A DNA stretch of 64,000 nt, from assembly GCF_001677475.2 (NCBI RefSeq), contig NZ_CP015229.1. One strand, given 5' to 3'. This document shows, piece by piece, positions 58,876 to 64,000 of the stretch. The DNA is from Escherichia coli (GTDB taxonomy: Bacteria; Pseudomonadota; Gammaproteobacteria; Enterobacterales; Enterobacteriaceae). A program made the translations under genes and the position numbers. Within the stretch, counting starts at the first letter, position 1. Each line of letters starts with the position of its first letter. Below the pieces are notes generated by a model, which did no database searches, was not told the origin of the DNA, and saw only the letters and a list, made by a program, of their open reading frames with translations.

Positions 58876-58908
58876 GGGCCGAATGAAATTCCCCGGCCCT
58901 TGTTTTTA
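58876..58908 (+). terminator. Intrinsic terminator of ybeL
   Basis: gggccg...cggccc stem followed by ttgttttta. Confidence 0.55.
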
Positions 58909-58911
58909 TCT

Positions 58912-59889
58912 CTACAGTAAATCTTCAATCTCACGAATTTCTTGACTGACATCTCTGGTTCCGGATGACTGAACTTTACGATACAGGTCGAGAGCCTGTC
59001 GGAGATCGACAGGTCTTCCTTCTCCGTAGTGATACATAATGGCCAGGTTATACCAGGCAGTGGCGTCATTGCATTCAGCGGCTTTCGTAAACCATTCAAA
59101 GGCGGCCTGATAATCTTTCTCAACGCCTTGTCCGTGTTTATACATATAACCGATGTTGACGTAAGCGCCGACGCTCCCCTGAGCGGCAGCCTTCAGATAC
59201 CAGTACATCGCTTGCTTATAGTCCTGGTCCACCCCTTCGCCAGCGTTATAATCCCATGCAATTTGAAACTGAGCATGCCGATTACCCTGCTGTGCGCTTT
59301 TCAAATACCAGAATGCGGCGAGTGTCTCGTTTTGAGCGACGCCTTTTCCGTCTTCATAAAGATCGGCCAGATTGTTTTGCGCGTCACTATGGCCTTGTAA
59401 TGCAGCTTGTTTGTACCAGAAAAATGCCAGCGTATAGTCTTGTGCGACTCCGTTGCCATTTCTGTACATCCACCCAAGATTATTTTGCGCATAAGACATT
59501 CCGCTCTCCGCGGCTATCTGATACCAGGCAACCGCTTCTTTATAGTTGGGGTCTTCTCCACGATCCAGTATCCAGCCAAGGGCGTTGGAAGCGAAAGTAT
59601 GGCCTTGTAGGGCAGCTTTTTTCAGCCAAAAGATGGCTTGCTCATTATCTTTATGACGGCTTTTATCCTCGGAGTATTTCCGCCCTAAGGAATATTGTGC
59701 TTCACAATGGCTTTGCTCAGCGGCCAGCTTCAGCCAGTAAAAGGCCTTTTCGTCGTCCGGAGAGTCAATTGCGCTATCGCGATTATAATAAAACCCAATA
59801 ATATATTGAGCCTCGCAATCGCCTTTTTCAGCACGTTCGATAATCTCATCTATTGATAAATTATCGCAGCAACTTGACGTAAAAATCAT
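58912..59889 (-). CDS. ybeQ: Sel1-repeat (TPR-like) protein
   Basis: Repeated Sel1 units (e.g. AQYSLGRKY, AQNNLGWMYRNG); start set at the second ATG, which has better AAGGA spacing. Confidence 0.85.
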   Translation of the reverse strand: MIFTSSCCDNLSIDEIIERAEKGDCEAQYIIGFYYNRDSAIDSPDDEKAFYWLKLAAEQSHCEAQYSLGRKYSEDKSRHKDNEQAIFWLKKAALQGHTFASNALGWILDRGEDPNYKEAVAWYQIAAESGMSYAQNNLGWMYRNGNGVAQDYTLAFFWYKQAALQGHSDAQNNLADLYEDGKGVAQNETLAAFWYLKSAQQGNRHAQFQIAWDYNAGEGVDQDYKQAMYWYLKAAAQGSVGAYVNIGYMYKHGQGVEKDYQAAFEWFTKAAECNDATAWYNLAIMYHYGEGRPVDLRQALDLYRKVQSSGTRDVSQEIREIEDLL

Positions 59890-60052
59890 TATCATTTCCT
59901 TATGGTTGTAGATAAAACATATTATATTTTTATGTGTTCCATTTTTGCGTAAACCTTATTTTATGCGTATTATGTTGCGTCAGAAAAGTATAAATAAATG
60001 AGCCTCGCAACGTGGTTAATATTCATTGAATGAATATTTAAGGATAAATTAT

Positions 60053-60759
60053 ATGGACATGGAGTCGCAAAAAATATTGTTTGCACTTTCCACTCCGATG
60101 GAAATACGCAATAAATGCTGTTTACCTTCGCATTCATCCCCCAAAATGTATTTAGGTACATGCTTTTTGACCTTTCTTCCTCATGGGGAATTGATGGCCG
60201 TGATGACCTGCTGCGCACAATTCACCGAATGATCGATAACGGTCATGCCGCGCGGTTGGCAGGGCTTTATCACCGCTGGTTTCGTTATTCTCCGTGTGAA
60301 TGGCGTGACTATCTTGCTGAACTAAATGAGCAAGGTCAGGCTTATGCGCAATTTGTCGCCAGCACCGCCGAATGCTGTGGCGAAGGGGGAATCAAAGCCT
60401 GGGATTATGTCCGGATGGGTTTTTTAAGCCGAATGGGCGTACTTAATAACTGGTTGAGCGAAGAAGAAAGTCTATGGATCCAGTCGCGCATTCATCTACG
60501 GGCGCTACGTTATTATAGTAACTGGCAGCAATACTTTGCCGGTTATACCTTTGGTCGGCAATATTGGCAGTCTCCCGAAGATGATAATCTTCAGTTATTA
60601 CGTGAATTCTTAGCGCGTAAAGAATACGACGATTCCGGCAATGATATGTTTTATCAATTATTTGCCAGTGATGATGCGTATTACCCTACCTTGTCCTGGC
60701 AACCATTGGCTTACTATTCTGCATGCCCGGAAACGCTTAAGGATATGAGCGACCTATGA
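60053..60759 (+). pseudogene. ybeR: DUF1266 family gene disrupted by a -1 frameshift in a T-run
   Basis: N-terminal 38 codons (60053..) and the C-terminal body (ORF 60115-60759) are in different frames. Alignment to the intact paralog ybeU shows the break at the T5 run 60164-60168. Confidence 0.75.
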
Positions 60760-62183
60760 AAAATTGCTGGCAGATCCTCGATATATCTCAAACGACTGAC
60801 GTCGATATTATCCGCCGCGCTTATCTGGCGCTGTTACCGTCCTTTCATCCAGAAACCGATCCGCAGGGTTTTAAACAACTTCGTCAGGCGTATGAGGATG
60901 CGCTACGGATTGCGCAGTCGCCTGCTAAATCTGTTTGGCAACCAGAAGAATATGAGGTAGCAGAACATGAAATTCTGCTCGCCTTTCGCGCGTTACTTGC
61001 CTCTGATAGCGAACGTTTTCTGCCCTCCGCCTGGCAGCGATTCATTCAGCAATTAAATTATTGCTCGATGGAAGAGATTGATGAATTACGCTGGTCGCTG
61101 TGCACAATCGCCATGAACACTGCCCATTTATCCTTCGAGTGCGTGGTGTTATTAGCAGAAAGATTGCGGTGGTTGCAGGAGGAAAACGTCGGGGAAATAG
61201 ACGAAGAAGAACTGGAATCCTTTTTATATGCCATTGCGAAGGGGAATGTTTTTAACTTCCAGACCATTCTGCATCTGCACGTTGCCGTGCAAAATGACAC
61301 TATCGATTTTTACCAAATGTTCGCTCGGATTTGGTTATCGCATCCAGAATGGCTGACATTGTATTTAGCGCAACATCGCGCAGTGATTATCCCCGATGAT
61401 GCAAAACTGCACAGAAATTTACTCCGCTGGTATAGCGCAGGTCGCCTGGGAATCCCCGAACTCCTGGATTACGCCCGGTCGTGGCGGGAAGCTGAACCTG
61501 ATAATGAAGATGCGCGTTATTATGAATACGCACAACGCGTCTATTGTGGAGAAGGCGAAAGCTTGCTGGCAGAACTTTGTGACTACTGGCGCGAGTATCC
61601 CTCCACCCAGGCGGATGCTTTAATGTTGCAATGGTGCCGTCAGCATCGGGTCGATTATTACCCGTTAGTGGTGATGATGATTGAAGCTCGTGAACTGGTT
61701 AACGATCAGGGAAAACCGCTACTTTATATCCCCGGCGACAGCGCCCGTACGCGTTTTCATTTATACGAAATACTCAGCGATGAAAAACTCTCTGCTCTGG
61801 GGCGTTCACTGGTCGAGATGGTTTTGCACAAAGGACGTAAGCCGCGAATCTCACTCACGCGTGATACAGAACATCCCTTATGGCCATTATATTTAGTTGC
61901 TAAACAATTAGTTCAGGCCAGCCAACCGACAGAAGAATCATTAATGCCGATTGTGAGCCGCCTTGATGCAGAAGCTCGTTGTCCACTGGAAGCATTAATG
62001 ATTCGTCGATTATTAATTCAGGCGGCAAATTTTACCGAGAAGCAAACCGTCGAACCGGAGCCGCAACCGCAGCCAATGCCCGTTGACGATGGTGGGCCGG
62101 GCTGTCTGGGCGTCATCAAAATTATTTTCTACATTTTTATCTTTGCCGGTTTGATAGGGAAAATACTCCATCTGTTCGGGTGA
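60756..62183 (+). CDS. djlB: J-domain (DnaJ-like) membrane-anchored co-chaperone
   Basis: 475 aa; N-terminal J-domain; C-terminal hydrophobic anchor; ATGA overlap with ybeR. Confidence 0.9.
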   Translation: MKNCWQILDISQTTDVDIIRRAYLALLPSFHPETDPQGFKQLRQAYEDALRIAQSPAKSVWQPEEYEVAEHEILLAFRALLASDSERFLPSAWQRFIQQLNYCSMEEIDELRWSLCTIAMNTAHLSFECVVLLAERLRWLQEENVGEIDEEELESFLYAIAKGNVFNFQTILHLHVAVQNDTIDFYQMFARIWLSHPEWLTLYLAQHRAVIIPDDAKLHRNLLRWYSAGRLGIPELLDYARSWREAEPDNEDARYYEYAQRVYCGEGESLLAELCDYWREYPSTQADALMLQWCRQHRVDYYPLVVMMIEARELVNDQGKPLLYIPGDSARTRFHLYEILSDEKLSALGRSLVEMVLHKGRKPRISLTRDTEHPLWPLYLVAKQLVQASQPTEESLMPIVSRLDAEARCPLEALMIRRLLIQAANFTEKQTVEPEPQPQPMPVDDGGPGCLGVIKIIFYIFIFAGLIGKILHLFG

Positions 62184-62192
62184 CAGTCGACG

Positions 62193-62747
62193 TTAATGTG
62201 CGGGAAGCCCGGCAAGTAATCTTTCCGCATTTTTGTAATGTTGTTTGGCGGCCAGTTTTAACCATTTTTGAGATTCATAATGGTTAACATTAATACCTGA
62301 GCCATTTCTGTAGATCAAACCCAAAGTATATTGAGCATGAGCATACCCTTGTTCAGCTGCTTCCTTATACCAGAGAATTGCTTTACGGGTATCGGGTTTG
62401 ACCCCCAGACCTTTGAGGTAGATCCACCCCAGTTTACTTTGCGCGCGTGGATTTTCCTGTTCCGCTGATTGCTCATACCAGTATCTCGCCTGTGTATAAT
62501 CCAGTGGTTTACCGTCGCTACCATGAAGATAAAATTCTCCAAGTCGATATTGCGACGTTGAGTGACCATGAATCGCGGAAAGCTCTGTGGCTGCCGTGGT
62601 GAATGGAAGACTGCCCGGTGAGCTTAAATAATCAAAGGCATAATTCGCCATGGCTTTATCACGCAACGTCGTTTTCTTGGGTTGGCTAATACAGGTTATT
62701 GCTGCAACTATAAATATTGCGAATATATACATTAATTTTTTATTCAT
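62193..62747 (-). CDS. ybeT: Sel1-repeat protein
   Basis: 184 aa; signal-peptide-like N-terminus; Sel1 units ([24 protein letters not shown]). Confidence 0.88.
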   Translation of the reverse strand: MNKKLMYIFAIFIVAAITCISQPKKTTLRDKAMANYAFDYLSSPGSLPFTTAATELSAIHGHSTSQYRLGEFYLHGSDGKPLDYTQARYWYEQSAEQENPRAQSKLGWIYLKGLGVKPDTRKAILWYKEAAEQGYAHAQYTLGLIYRNGSGINVNHYESQKWLKLAAKQHYKNAERLLAGLPAH

Positions 62748-62848
62748 GTGTGAATACTTCGATTTTCTTTTTATTTTGAAAGCGTCAAGTTTATACTCAT
62801 CAATAATAAAAAAGTAGTCAGTTAATGCACTTAAGGGATTATTAACAA

Positions 62849-63556
62849 ATGAACAAGGAAGAACAATATCTTCTTTTTGCGCTTTCTGCGCCCATGGAAA
62901 TACTTAATCAGGGTTGCAAACCCGCGCATGACTCGCCAAAAATGTATACCGGGATAAAAGAATTCGATCTCTCATCATCCTGGGGAATAAATAATCGTGA
63001 TGATTTAATTCACACTATTTATCAGATGACCGATGATGGTCATGCTAATGATTTAGCTGGCTTATATCTGACATGGCATCGCTCTTCCCCTGAAGAGTGG
63101 AAAGCATTAATTGCTGGCGGCTCGGAGAGAGGGTTGATTTATACCCAATTCGTTGCCCAAACCGCTATGTGTTGTGGGGAAGGGGGAATCAAAGCCTGGG
63201 ATTATGTGCGGATGGGTTTTTTATCACGGGTTGGTGTGCTCAACAAGTGGCTGACGGAAGACGAGAGTTTATGGCTGCAATCGCGCGTCTATATACGAGC
63301 ACACCATTACTATCACAGCTGGATGCACTATTTTTCCGCCTATTCGTTAGGGCGTCTCTACTGGCAATCTTCTCAGTGCGAAGACAACGCTTCGCTACGC
63401 GAGGCGCTAACCCTGTACAAATACGATAGCGCCGGGAGTCGGATGTTCGAAGAGCTGGCAGCGGGAAGCGATCGTTTCTATGCCACGCTTCCCTGGCAGC
63501 CATTAACTGTCCAGCCTGAATGCCCGGTAACGCTTAAGGATGTGAGCGGCCTATGA
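62849..63556 (+). CDS. ybeU: DUF1266 family protein (intact paralog of ybeR)
   Basis: 235 aa; high identity to the ybeR translation (e.g. [20 protein letters not shown] identical). Confidence 0.88.
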   Translation: MNKEEQYLLFALSAPMEILNQGCKPAHDSPKMYTGIKEFDLSSSWGINNRDDLIHTIYQMTDDGHANDLAGLYLTWHRSSPEEWKALIAGGSERGLIYTQFVAQTAMCCGEGGIKAWDYVRMGFLSRVGVLNKWLTEDESLWLQSRVYIRAHHYYHSWMHYFSAYSLGRLYWQSSQCEDNASLREALTLYKYDSAGSRMFEELAAGSDRFYATLPWQPLTVQPECPVTLKDVSGL

Positions 63557-64000
63557 AAACATGTTGGCAAATCCTCGAAATTGAAAGCACGACGCAAATA
63601 GACATTATCCGCCAGGCTTATCTTGCTCGCTTACCGTTGTGTCATCCCGAAACCGATCCGCAGGGGTTTAAAGCATTACGCCAGGCCTATGAAGAGGCGC
63701 TGCGACTGGCGGTAAATCCTGTCGAGGAAGCAGATAATGAAGAAAAAGATGCCACCGCTGAACATGAAATACTACGAGCATTCAGGACATTACTGGATTC
63801 AGAAAGTGATCGTTTTCAGCCCTCCGCCTGGCAGAAATTTATTCAGCAATTAAATACCTGGAACATGGAGGATGTCGATCAATTACGCTGGCCGCTGTGT
63901 GCAATCGCTATAGAAGCGCGATATCTTTCATTAAATTGTGCTTCTTTGCTGGCAGAGCGTTTGAACTGGCATTCGTTTAATGACAGCGAAGGAATGGATG
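63553..64000 (+). CDS. djlC: J-domain co-chaperone, 5' portion (3' end lies outside the window)
   Basis: ATG at 63553 overlaps the ybeU stop (ATGA). Translation [40 protein letters not shown]... is paralogous to the djlB N-terminus. Frame open to the window end. Confidence 0.85.
   Translation, partial: MKTCWQILEIESTTQIDIIRQAYLARLPLCHPETDPQGFKALRQAYEEALRLAVNPVEEADNEEKDATAEHEILRAFRTLLDSESDRFQPSAWQKFIQQLNTWNMEDVDQLRWPLCAIAIEARYLSLNCASLLAERLNWHSFNDSEGMD

Overview
This window is a contiguous, almost entirely coding stretch of Escherichia-type chromosome (E. coli or a very close relative), running from the 3' part of entF to the 5' part of djlC. Gene order: enterobactin synthesis/uptake cluster (entF', fepE, fepCGD, entS, fepB, entCEBAH), cstA-ybdD, ybdH, ybdL, ybdMN-ybdO, dsbG, ahpCF, uspG, rnk, rna, citrate-fermentation cluster (citTGXFEDC with dpiBA), dcuC, pagP, cspE, crcB, ybeM, tatE, lipA, ybeF, lipB, ybeD, dacA, rlpA, mrdBA, rlmH, rsfS, cobC, nadD, holA, lptE, leuS, ybeL, then a duplicated Sel1 / DUF1266 / J-domain module (ybeQ-ybeR-djlB, ybeT-ybeU-djlC'). 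Gene calls rest on the supplied ORF translations, recognisable catalytic motifs and synteny; no database search was run. Many ORF-track frames begin at upstream GTG/TTG codons and were trimmed to the internal ATG that has a Shine-Dalgarno sequence. I found no rRNA, tRNA, CRISPR array, IS element or prophage gene. I do not see a clearly novel system: the backbone is well known. The best candidates for poorly understood biology are the overlapping ybdM-ybdN pair (ParB/sulfiredoxin-like plus PP-loop PAPS-reductase-like) next to AT-rich ybdO, and the tandemly duplicated Sel1/DUF1266/J-domain module. Strain-level oddities relative to my memory of K-12 are an apparently absent ybdR between uspG and rnk, an intact ybeM, and a -1 frameshift in ybeR. 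A 29-codon hydrophobic ORF, a twice-occurring GC-rich palindromic element and several structured intergenic spacers are also flagged.
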